Position numbers and translations under genes: made by a program. Source: Amoeboradix gromovi X-113 (lineage: Eukaryota; Fungi; Sanchytriomycota). Taken from it: DNA of 27,150 bases. Positions 1-9,214 of this stretch are shown in pieces (within the stretch, counting starts at the first letter, position 1; every line of letters begins with the position of its first letter). The DNA is taken from assembly GCA_018985225.1 (NCBI GenBank), contig JADGIF010000049.1, positions 1-27,150 on the forward strand. Direction: 5' to 3'. Under the pieces are notes generated by a model, which did no database searches, was not told the DNA's origin, and was given only the letters and a program-made list of their open reading frames with translations.

Positions 1-20
1 ATTGCCTAGGTGAAGAAATA

Positions 21-105
21 TGGGACACTACTGTGAAAACTTCAACTGGGTAAATCTCGTCACCCGCTTTTTACCCCCAGTCTACTTTTTATAGAGCATG
101 TCCCA
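21..105. mobile_element. Miniature TIR element (MITE-like), TGGGACA family
   Basis: Left end TGGGACACTACTGTGAAAACTTCAACTGGGTAAA is an imperfect inverted repeat of right end TTTACCCCCAGTCTACTTTTTATAGAGCATGTCCCA. The right end matches the TIR at 9215 (TGGGGACATGCTCTGTAAAAACTAGACT). Confidence 0.55.
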
Positions 106-756
106 ACTGCATCTCCTTACTAGAACTGTGACAACTGATGGTAAGCGCAAGGAGAAATATTTAAAAATTCCATCCTTGGAGAACTAGCTGTAAAAACTAG
201 ATCAGCTGGGTATTATAGAAGCAGCTTTATTCATCACTCATAGATTAAAACAATATTCCAGCCAGGGTCAATCATATTAAGATTCCACTTCTAACTCCTC
301 AAATGCTAGATGTATCCGTTAAAACCTCTTACCTTCTCACTAGACGCTAACAGTTAAAGGGAAATTATAGCTTCACTGCACGCATAAATACTTTGCACTT
401 GATCGCCGCGCTATTCATTGATAAAATAGAAAAGCTATTAGGTGTTACTGCAGCTTATATTGGAGCTTGAATGGTATAAAGAGACTTTTAAACCAAATAA
501 TACAATGAGTAATGGCAATACTCGCCCGTTTTAGGGCCCCTCTCCATAGAGCTGGCTCTGCTGCCATTTATGCATCTCATGCGAAGCCAATGTATCCAGT
601 GATTCAATAATAACAAAACATAGTCGTTTGCTTATTAGAAGTAAAACTAAATAAATCATTTATTACCTCGTAAGTAAACTGGAATATTTTATGCACTCGA
701 TTACATAAATTGTGGATTTAATTTAATAATATTTATTCACATATAACATACGATTG

Positions 757-1218
757 CTATTTCTTCTTTTCAGATTTCTTATCTTGTTTATACTCTTCTA
801 GGTACCTCGTGATTTCTATAATTTGCCTACAAAAATCAGGATTCACACACAGTTCAGGATCTTCCGGTAATTCATAAGATGCGAGATCATTTTCTAATTC
901 AGAGATAACCAGGTCAAAAAATGGAACAAAGTAATCATTGTCTGGTGTGTGGGCAATTGTTGATCTAAAAGTTTTTAAATTTTGAAACTTTTGTAAAAAC
1001 TTAGGTTCGATTTGTGAGGCCGCCATTTGAATAGCTCTGCAGTACTTTAGATTGCCATTATTACACTGTTTTCCATAGAGTGGACCCAAAAAACCCCTGT
1101 GATGTGCTACTGGGCTGTTAAGGCTGACTTCAGGGCTTTGAATATACGACAGGCGTTCGCTTGTAGCTAAATTACGGTTTAGAATTGGCACTGAAAACAT
1201 CAGACTATTTAGTAGCAT
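757..1218 (-). CDS. Hypothetical protein, 153 aa, possibly secreted
   Basis: ATG-initiated ORF with a short hydrophobic N-terminus and Lys-rich C-terminus; no recognisable domain. Confidence 0.5.
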   Translation of the reverse strand: MLLNSLMFSVPILNRNLATSERLSYIQSPEVSLNSPVAHHRGFLGPLYGKQCNNGNLKYCRAIQMAASQIEPKFLQKFQNLKTFRSTIAHTPDNDYFVPFFDLVISELENDLASYELPEDPELCVNPDFCRQIIEITRYLEEYKQDKKSEKKK

Positions 1219-1575
1219 CTCCGTATATTTTCACTGATGAATATATTTATAGGACATGGATAAAACAAAGTCATCTCCATTATTGCAAATCAATTAACGT
1301 GATGGGTCAAATGACCATGTGGGAGTGCTATCGATTTTCGTTGAAATAACCATTTATTGTCTTTAAATGAGCAACATCGCTCCAATACGCTCTCTTTCTA
1401 GGCTTTTCTAATTACATGAAAGCTCAATAATCTTGTTTATGATCAATTGAAATGGGTCCAGAAGTCGCGATCCATAATGCATCAGACCTAAAAAGACGAT
1501 TGATAGATACCGAATACGCCTTTTGAATATTAGGAATTGGTCCAGCAACCGAAAGACGGATGCACTTAATATACA

Positions 1576-1699
1576 CTCCTCGTTAAAAGTCCTGATTTCC
1601 GAGAAAATCGAGAATTTCCACAGAAAAACTAATGCTACTTTCTCCGTTACAGTGATTGCTCACGCTTTCACCACGCTGAGGCGGGATTGAATAAGGATG
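1576..1699 (-). ncRNA. Candidate Fanzor omegaRNA scaffold, copy 1 (overlaps ORF 3' end)
   Basis: Near-identical to 8211-8334. Contains a GTGA-GCAA-TCAC GNRA hairpin, a GATTTTC/GAAATC hairpin and a 5'/3' closing stem (TCCTTATT / AACGAGGA). Conservation stops abruptly at the element end. Confidence 0.7.
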
Positions 1700-2012
1700 C
1701 AGATACTTGATGTATATGTTCCTTGCAGCCATATGGTCTCTATCTACTTCCAAATGACAATTTGTACTTGTGTATGTTTCAAAATTGGTTTTCTTTAGAG
1801 TACCACACCTTGTACATGTCTGACTAGTAAATGATTCATTGCATTCGATTATCGTCTTTCCTCTTTGTTTACACTTGAACTTCAAGCGTTCCTTGAATGC
1901 GTAATGGGACATTGTAGCCATGTTTCTTGCGACCTTGCTCGACAAGCTACTTGTCATTTGGCTAGCATTAAACGATGGTAAGTGTATAAGATCATGTCTT
2001 TGTATGCTGTAC
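1583..2012 (-). pseudogene. Fanzor/TnpB-family RNA-guided nuclease, C-terminal remnant (RuvC-II, Zn finger, RuvC-III)
   Basis: The frame extends upstream of the listed ORF: YSIQRHDLIHLPSFNASQMTSSLSSKVARNMATMSHYAFKERLKFKC...NESFTSQTCTRCG...STNCHLEVDRDHMAARNI. It has Pro at the canonical RuvC-II Glu position, an alternative Glu 47 residues downstream (NESFTS), CxxC...(S)xxC and DRD-x2-AARNI. RuvC-I and the REC/WED regions are absent. Confidence 0.9.
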
Positions 2013-2169
2013 CTGTTAGTTATTTATTTAGAATTGATTTACCATTTGCAAAAAGGAAGAATATAAAGTATTTAAGCTATTGGAACAGTCTGGAAAAGTC
2101 TTGAAATGATACAAAAATATACACAAATTCGCGATAAATGATTTATTCAAGAAAATAGTCAAGCTGCTC

Positions 2170-2563
2170 GCTTCAGAGCAAACATAGCAGAGAATCGCGT
2201 CACTGTAAAGACCTTAAAATGAAGTTCAAAATCAAAAATGGTTGGTATTGCATTAAGAAACCAGAATCGTTTTTATTTGCTGAGCAAAGTTTTACGTAAC
2301 TATTTTGAAATTGAAGATAAGCATTCATCAGCAGTCTTTAAGTTTATAGTTGCAAGAGCATTTCTGTATGACGCAAAGAGACTTTTTTGGCTTATCAGCT
2401 ATTCTAGAGGTGCAATGCGTGCGGCATTCTAAACAAAGCCGGTTTGGGGACATGCACAAATTCATTGGAAGCGGGAGAAACCGCTCTAAGGAAGAGCATG
2501 GCTTTGTTATTTTCCCTTAAAATATTCACGATTTCTTAGAAAGCTAGGACTTTTAATGAGGAG
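2170..2563 (+). mobile_element. Highly decayed Fanzor element, copy 3
   Basis: 2411 onward reads CNACGILNKAGLGTCTN (compare CTRCGTLKKTNFETYTSTNC). 2466-2563 aligns with the scaffold (TGGAAGCGGGAGAAACCGCTCTAAGGAAGA ... GGACTTTTAATGAGGAG). The left limit is uncertain. Confidence 0.7.
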
Positions 2564-2829
2564 ACTTTTTTGACTGCAAGTAATAGTAGCGATTCAAGCT
2601 CTTAGCTGCTCATGTTGTCTCGTTTTTCTTAAAAAACATTAGACTTGAGGATTATGCCATCTAGGTTGCTTCTAGGAATTCCGGAATGACCTAATTTCAA
2701 TGCTAAGTAACTACATGGAACCCTATAGGTACTGTTTGGACAAAGCAATACTACTAGCTCATGTGTTTGTCTGCTAAATAACCAACTCTATTTAATATTT
2801 GCATATAGAATGCTATTTATTAGTAGTAT

Positions 2830-4443
2830 TCAATATCCATCTGCACTTCCATTTTTCCTCTTGTCTGCCGCCGCATATATAAACCCATTCTTGACCAGTA
2901 TACACTGCACGGCGCTAAATGTAATTTTTTCGACTTTTAAAATGTGACCCCTTGACGTTAGTCCTCTTTTATAATAAAACTCTAAATCCTCCTCAATCTC
3001 AACAGCATTCGGAAACAGCTGATGATGTATTCTGCTGCTCTGTATACTTTTATTCACATCCATTTTCAAATCTAAAACATCTAAAATAGTCTTAAATACA
3101 GCGCTTGCTATCCTGCTACCACCACTTCCGCCAATAATAAGATGAACGACATTGTTAATTTTAATGACAGTGGGTGTAGCACTGCTTTGTGGTCGTTTTA
3201 ATGGCGCGATGTAGTTTGCTGCTGAAGGCGCTAAAGCAAAAGCATTTTTTCGATTAGGAATACTGAAGTCATCCATCTGATCATTCAATATAATTCCTGT
3301 TGAAGGCTCCATTATGCAGCTTCCAAATTCCAAATTAACAGTGCTGGTAAGACTTACTGAATTTCCGTCCTTGTCTAGGACTGATAAATGAGTAGTCCCA
3401 GAGTCTTGAAAGTACTGGTATTGATTGTTGTAGTGCTCTGGTGGAAATGTCTTATCATCGCTAATTTGGGAATAAACTTCCATAGCGTATCTGTCTGATT
3501 TCATCTGGTTGGTAACTTTGGTAACATTCTTGACAAAATTTGGATCAGCTAACTGCGATCTCTTCGCATAAACATGCTTCATGATCTCTACAATTCGATG
3601 AATGTCTGTTATATTATTTTTTGGACCTGGGAATGTATACCTTTCAGCTATTTTTAAAGCCATTGCTAGCATAGGACCACCACTCGGTGCATGTCCAGTA
3701 TACACATCATATTCACCATATTTGATAGTTAATGGCTTTTTCCACTCAGTTCTGTACCCTTTGAAGTCCTTCAAAGTTAAAATTCCTCCTTTTTGCTGAA
3801 TGAAATTGACAAGAGAAACAGCTATAGATCCGGTATAGAAGTCTGATATTCCAAATTGAGCAATCAGTTGAAGAGTTTTCGCGAAATTTGGTCTTTTTAT
3901 AACATCGTTTTCTTCCACAACTACCGTTTTTCCTTTGTCTACTTTAGTAAATATTGCAGCCATTCCAGGGTCAGCAAGTATATTCGACTGGACTTTCTTA
4001 ATAGTTTTTGCTAAATGTTTGCTAACTCTGAATCCCTCCTGAGCTAGTCTAATCGAAGGGCGAAAAAGATCTTCCCACTTTAAATGGCCAAATTTCCGAT
4101 GAATTTCATGAAGACCTTTTAATTCTCCTGGAGTTGCTGGTGACAACGGTCCAACTTGAGCATCTTTAGAGTCTGTAAACATATCTTTATGAGATGCTAG
4201 CGGAGCCATCTCTCTGAAGTTAACAAAATATTGCTTTCTATTCATATCAACTACAGCGAATCCTCCTCCACCAATTCCACTGGCCTGACTACTTACCGTG
4301 CCAATACAAATTGTAGCCGCAACTGATGCATCAACAGCATTCCCTCCTTGCTTTAGAGTATCTACACAAATATCTGTACAAATTGGCGTGTCTGAAGCAC
4401 AAGCACCCTTTGAATAATGAGCAAAGATAACAGAAAACAGCAT
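2830..4443 (-). CDS. Gamma-glutamyltransferase (glutathione hydrolase)
   Basis: GGNAVDA, ASGIGGGGF, NFREMAP, catalytic Thr in GTTHLSV, LNDQMDDFS, KRPQSS and GGSGGSRI motifs. Confidence 0.96.
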   Translation of the reverse strand: MLFSVIFAHYSKGACASDTPICTDICVDTLKQGGNAVDASVAATICIGTVSSQASGIGGGGFAVVDMNRKQYFVNFREMAPLASHKDMFTDSKDAQVGPLSPATPGELKGLHEIHRKFGHLKWEDLFRPSIRLAQEGFRVSKHLAKTIKKVQSNILADPGMAAIFTKVDKGKTVVVEENDVIKRPNFAKTLQLIAQFGISDFYTGSIAVSLVNFIQQKGGILTLKDFKGYRTEWKKPLTIKYGEYDVYTGHAPSGGPMLAMALKIAERYTFPGPKNNITDIHRIVEIMKHVYAKRSQLADPNFVKNVTKVTNQMKSDRYAMEVYSQISDDKTFPPEHYNNQYQYFQDSGTTHLSVLDKDGNSVSLTSTVNLEFGSCIMEPSTGIILNDQMDDFSIPNRKNAFALAPSAANYIAPLKRPQSSATPTVIKINNVVHLIIGGSGGSRIASAVFKTILDVLDLKMDVNKSIQSSRIHHQLFPNAVEIEEDLEFYYKRGLTSRGHILKVEKITFSAVQCILVKNGFIYAAADKRKNGSADGY

Positions 4444-5174
4444 ACAGAATGGGGTAAGAGATCAAATTGATAACCCCGACTGAGTACAATGTGGGACCCC
4501 TACAAAGACTGGAGAAACGTTTTGCCACAAATCTCTTGAACTTCTGTAGAAAGTTCCCATATTCTGCCAGCTTTGCTTTAAGTTGCAAGTTTTCATAACC
4601 AGGCTCTCTTTATCACTATTAATAACAAGTGTTCTTTTTACTTTGTGATTGTTCTAATGCGCTTACATCCCTGTCGTCACCTGCATCAAATTGATTGCAT
4701 TCTGATAACCTTGTATAACTGTGATATGGATAGTTCTGTTATTCTCGCCAGAGTTCCTAATAATAGCTAAGCTGATAAATCTCCTCAATATTATTAAAAT
4801 TTAGATTGTCAACTTCCGCGGGAAAAGAACTGACTCTATTATAATCTGTTGAACTATTATGCGACCTGGTTTACTATGCAAGAATTTTTCCAAACATCAT
4901 TTCACATCAGTTTGAGCATAGTAATCTGATATTTGTCACATAGCAACAGTACGATGACATTAACAGGAGATTCTGATCTCAATCAATCTTGTGTTACCAT
5001 TCATTGTGATCAGATGATAATGCAGCACAAAATAATTTGCTTTACTATTTTAAGATTAACTTTTTTGTTTGATCGCAAGCCCTGTTTTTGTTTCTTTGAC
5101 CCAACTGGAGAATCTGAATATGGCTGATATCCTATTTTTGCAATTATATAACACGCGGGTACAAGCAAATTAAA

Positions 5175-5927
5175 ATGAAATTAATTTACTTGATTTCGCT
5201 TACAATCAACGCTGGCAGATTATATAACAGTTTTGGAGAGTATTTAATGCCTCCACCACCAGACCATATGAATCTATACTCTCCCGAAAGAGTCCAAGAA
5301 ATTCTAAAGAGCCAAATTAATGCACTGCTTAATGGCTTAAAATCAATTGGAGCTGAGGTACCAGATCGTGAAAAAGAAAATAAAAGCAGTGACGAGTTAA
5401 GGTCAATAAAACTAGAGATTAGCAGGTATTTTGCTTACCACTTTGCAAATCCTGAAAATGTGGAAAAGATTACTGAAAAGAATAACATGGTTTTGAAAAA
5501 ACTTATTGAACCAGTGTGGTCTATTTATAGTAAATATCTTATGGATATTAATACGATGAACAGAGCATTGGCGAAGATGAAAATGCCTACTGTGGAAGTT
5601 GCCTCTGTAGTGACTGCAATGGAATCTAAGGAAGAAACCAAAGAATTGAGGAGCCAGATGATTGAAACACTCTTGGGTATTAAATCTAGCGGCGAAAATT
5701 TGTGGAGCAAGTTGGAAGTATCTCCAAGGTTACAGTCTGAAGTCAACAAGGTTATACGGGGCAAAAGCATAACTGCGAATACTCGGATTTTTGACAAATT
5801 TACTAGATTTTACCGAAGACGCTCATTTGATTCCAAAAAAGAACGTCCACCTTTAGAATTACCTGAGCAAGGCACTATATCGGAGCAGCAAGTCCGTGGA
5901 AAAAAGGCTCGTCCATTGATAAGTTAA
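5175..5927 (+). CDS. Hypothetical secreted protein, 250 aa
   Basis: Long ORF with a signal-peptide-like start (MKLIYLISLTINA) and helical, charged composition; no known domain recognised. Confidence 0.65.
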   Translation: MKLIYLISLTINAGRLYNSFGEYLMPPPPDHMNLYSPERVQEILKSQINALLNGLKSIGAEVPDREKENKSSDELRSIKLEISRYFAYHFANPENVEKITEKNNMVLKKLIEPVWSIYSKYLMDINTMNRALAKMKMPTVEVASVVTAMESKEETKELRSQMIETLLGIKSSGENLWSKLEVSPRLQSEVNKVIRGKSITANTRIFDKFTRFYRRRSFDSKKERPPLELPEQGTISEQQVRGKKARPLIS

Positions 5928-6229
5928 TCTTATCATAAAATACTTAATAAACTTAACTATAATGAAGCAATTTTATCTTCTTATGCCTACTTGTTTCTTA
6001 ATAAAAGTTGCAGAGATCATTAACATCTGGAATGGTACTAGCGAATAATGATAAATTATGGGTTCTTTATATTCAAGGACATTTGCATTAAATTAGTAAT
6101 CAAGGACATCGAATCCAAAATCACCTTGAACAAACTTACAAGACTGGAGAACCTTGGGCAAGAAGGAAAGCGTGTTTGTAAAAATAGCGATTAAGATGAT
6201 TTGAATATCATTTGGCAGCAAGGAACATT

Positions 6230-7699
6230 TGGGACACTAAATATAAAAACTAGACTAACCTTCTGAAATAGTTTGAATCATTATTTCAAGTGTGTATTAA
6301 CCGATAGGAAATTAAATTAATCTGATTGGTTGCACCTTTTGCTTAGACACTCAAAGGCCTCATGTGGGGCATCAAATGTGATTTGTAGACTAACTCTGAA
6401 AAATTGATTTTGAGAAAAATCCATTTCAAGTTGAAATTGTCATTTCGAATGTGAAAATTAGACCAAGTCACTTGACCAACAAAAATCGTTTAATTTACAA
6501 CTTCTTTTATTTAATCATAGACTAGTATTTATACTATTACATACCCAATCAACAAAGTGTTTTCAATGTGCGCAATTTAAAACAATTTGGATATAATAGT
6601 ATTTACTCTTCATATCCCTCATCTTCTAAAGCTCTTGTTAAAGGAAGGGAATATTTTTTGTATCTCTCAAATCTTTGAGCATGTGTTCCAATGGGTTTTC
6701 CGTTATTCTTCTTATTCAAGTCTTCGATTACTTCCTTAACTTCTATCGCTTGGGATAACTTACTTGTGCTCTTTTCAATGATTTTGGCACCTTCGAAATA
6801 ATCTTTGGTGACAGTTCTGTAATGATTAAACTTCTCCTTTCATGGCTTTTGAACTCTCGCCATGTGTCTGGGCACCGAAATGGTGATCATAAATCCATTT
6901 GAAATGGTCTGACGCTTTACCTTTCTCAAATGATAACCAACTAAAGTAAGCAATCGCACATGCTCCAGCAAATCCTGACACTGTTTGGAGGAACGAAGCA
7001 AAGTTTTTCCACCAATCTCGATCACCCTGTTCCAAATGATGCAACTGGCTCAACACTTCATTTTGAGATAATCCTTTGGGGTCATTTCTAATAGAATTTA
7101 GCGCCCTTTCCTTCAATATGTCTTTCAATTTAAACTTTGGACCTCCTCGAAGCATTTGGAAATATCGAATTCCAATTCTCGCAACTAACATGAAATATGT
7201 TTCACCATTCTTTGTTCTTGAAAATAGGTAACCGTGTATTTACCAATCATCTTTCTTGTTACTTGCCGAGAAAAATAAAATAATAATTTAGATACTTGTA
7301 TTTTAGCTACTCGTGATGATCAATAAATATGGTTAACTTGATTTTGAGTTAGTCTACTTTTTCATTTGAAAATACAGTTTTACCTTTAAATGCTGATAGT
7401 TCAATCAATACTAATCACACTGCTTCGAAAATAGGATTTTTGGACAGTTCAAGATCTGAAGATTCGGAAAACATTATTTTTGCGATTTTGACAAGATTTG
7501 AGTTAGTCTATAAATCACATTGGATGTCCCATATATTTGAAAGATATAGTGGGTCATCTTGTTATATTTTAAAGAGGGGAATGACATTAATGAAAGAAAA
7601 TTGGTTTGAAAGAAGTACTTTTATTAATAATAGTATTTCCTCCTTATGAAGCACTTCCTTTAAAAACGACTTGGTCTAGTTTTTATATTTGGTGTCACA
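6230..7699. mobile_element. TIR-bounded ~1.47-kb segment (TGGGACA family), possible Pack-type element
   Basis: The left TIR TGGGACACTAAATATAAAAACTAGACTAAC and its subterminal sequence match the 18284 end of the 17800-18284 element. About 7530-7699 matches the 17800 end of that element. Confidence 0.55.
6603..7191 (-). pseudogene. Frameshifted gene for a ~195-aa single-TM protein with a mitochondrial-presequence-like N-terminus
   Basis: After removing one A at about 6838-6840, ORF 7191-6826 continues as KEKFNHYRTVTKDYFEGAK...ALEDEGYEE* to a TAA at 6603-6605. Could also be a sequencing error. Confidence 0.5.
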
Positions 7700-7776
7700 T
7701 ACCATTGAATAAAGAGGCGGTCCGGAAAACGAACATCGTCATATGAAAGACAAAAATGATACCGTCACTTTTAATA

Positions 7777-8334
7777 GAACAGCTCGATTGTTTTCTTGAA
7801 TAAATCATTTATCGTGAATTTTTATGCATTTTTGTATAATTTCAAGACTTTTCCAATAGCTTAATACTCGATGTTCCTCCTTTTCACAAGTGGTAAATCA
7901 ATTCTAAAGAAATAACTAGCAGGTACAGCATACATTCGTCTCAGACTGGTAAGCTGGTCCAAACACGAAAATTCGATGTCATGTACAATATTTGGCACTC
8001 TAAAGAAAACCAATTTGGAGAGCTATTCAAGTACATAGTGTCATTTGGAAGTGGACATGGGCCACATGGCACCAAGGAACAAATTCGATGTCATGTACGA
8101 GGTATGGTACTTTAAAGAAAACCAATTTAGAAACCTGAACCTGTACAAATTGTCATTTGAAGATAGGTAGAGTGCATATGGCTGTAAGGAGCATATACAT
8201 CAAGTATATGCATCCTTATTCAATCCCGCCTCAGGGTAGTGAAAGCGTGAGCAATCACTGTAATGGAGATCTAGTACTGATAGTTTCTCTGGGAATTCTC
8301 GATTTTCTCGGAAATCAGGACTTTTAACGAGGAG
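7777..8334 (+). mobile_element. Non-autonomous Fanzor element, copy 2, with a larger internal deletion and a 112-bp tandem duplication
   Basis: 7777-7934 aligns with copy 1 (2169-2001). Zn-finger/RuvC-III remnants occur twice (7969-8080 and 8081-8192), followed by the conserved 3' module. Confidence 0.85.
8211..8334 (+). ncRNA. Candidate Fanzor omegaRNA scaffold, copy 2
   Basis: The last 41 nt plus the next T are identical to copy 1. GNRA hairpin at 8247-8258; same predicted stems as copy 1. Confidence 0.7.
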
Positions 8335-8363
8335 TCTCAATATGCGTTGAAACGAAAAAGTGT

Positions 8364-8858
8364 TTATTCATTAACTAAGTATAGCAATCCAAGCAGCGCC
8401 ATTTCATGCTTATCAATCTCGTCCATGGAGCTACTTTTCTGCAGTTCTTTTAATGTCAAGTCCGGGTTTCTATTTGCAATCCCATTCTCCAAATCAATTA
8501 TGTAGGAGTGTAGTGGTTTTATGTCAGCTTGGTCTCTTTCAAGGTGCTTGTCAAGCAGCATCGCATATACTTCTTCATAGCACTGCCTCAAAGAAGTATC
8601 TTTTCGGTGGCAGGTTAAGAACATTTTCCTTGTTTTCGATGATATATTGATTTCTAATGGCGCATCAGGTTTAATAAATGTGTCTTTAATGTCATCTAGC
8701 AATTTCTCTTTAGAATCTCTCCCATTGTAAAAGTATTTCTCACAAATTATTAAAAATAGTACATGCTCACCAGTCTTTTCATGCAGTGCCAGTCTCAATA
8801 AGCCACTTGGTATTTTTGGTTCAGCTTGGGTCATTAGGCCTCGAATTGAATTTATCAT
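8364..8858 (-). CDS. RGS-domain protein
   Basis: EKTGEHVLFL...Y...IKDTFIKPDAPLEINISSKTRK...CYEEVYAML fits the RGS consensus (E.S.EN..F / FI...AP.EINI...R). The start is uncertain. Confidence 0.75.
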   Translation of the reverse strand: MINSIRGLMTQAEPKIPSGLLRLALHEKTGEHVLFLIICEKYFYNGRDSKEKLLDDIKDTFIKPDAPLEINISSKTRKMFLTCHRKDTSLRQCYEEVYAMLLDKHLERDQADIKPLHSYIIDLENGIANRNPDLTLKELQKSSSMDEIDKHEMALLGLLYLVNE

Positions 8859-9214
8859 TCGTTTTGAGCCCGATTAAAATTTGTTTCGTGATGTCGTCCT
8901 TGCTATTTTGTCATGATTCAACCAATAGAAAGATTCCTGTTTATTATACTTGTTCCAATCAGGAAAACTCAAACGGCTAGATGCAACAAATCAATTGGCC
9001 ATTGGAATGAGGCGAATCCAAATTCATGTTAAGTTGGTTATCAAATACGACGTACACTTAGTACCAATAGGACATTAAACAAGGCGATAGTTCATAGACC
9101 GAATTCAACATCGCGGTTGGTTGGAAATCTTGTCAAATCGTTCAATGAATTTAATCGAACTTAATTTTGAGTTATCAGTTTTATAAATCATAAGAAAGGA
9201 GAAGAAATAAACAT

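Larger units (their letters stand above)
1576..2169 (-). mobile_element. Non-autonomous Fanzor (TnpB-like) element, copy 1, internally deleted
   Basis: Both the 5' part (about 2001-2169) and the 3' part (1576-1820) align with 7777-8334 in inverted orientation. It contains the Fanzor C-terminal coding region. The left boundary is approximate. Confidence 0.85.

Noticed and set aside
2238-2432. 64-aa ORF
   Set aside because: Lies within decayed Fanzor copy 3; no coherent protein signature.
4331-4588. 85-aa ORF as an upstream GGT exon
   Set aside because: Non-ATG start and a different frame; GGT has its own ATG with a hydrophobic leader.
6816-6830. 15-nt GT-AG as an intron rescuing ORF 6826-7191
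   Set aside because: Splicing keeps the frame, which stops about a dozen codons later; a 1-nt frameshift explains the long downstream frame better.
7440-7649. 69-aa ORF
   Set aside because: TTG start and largely MITE sequence; not transposase-like.
7969-8192. Tandem repeat as a CRISPR-like array
   Set aside because: Only two long units, homologous throughout, with no unique spacers.
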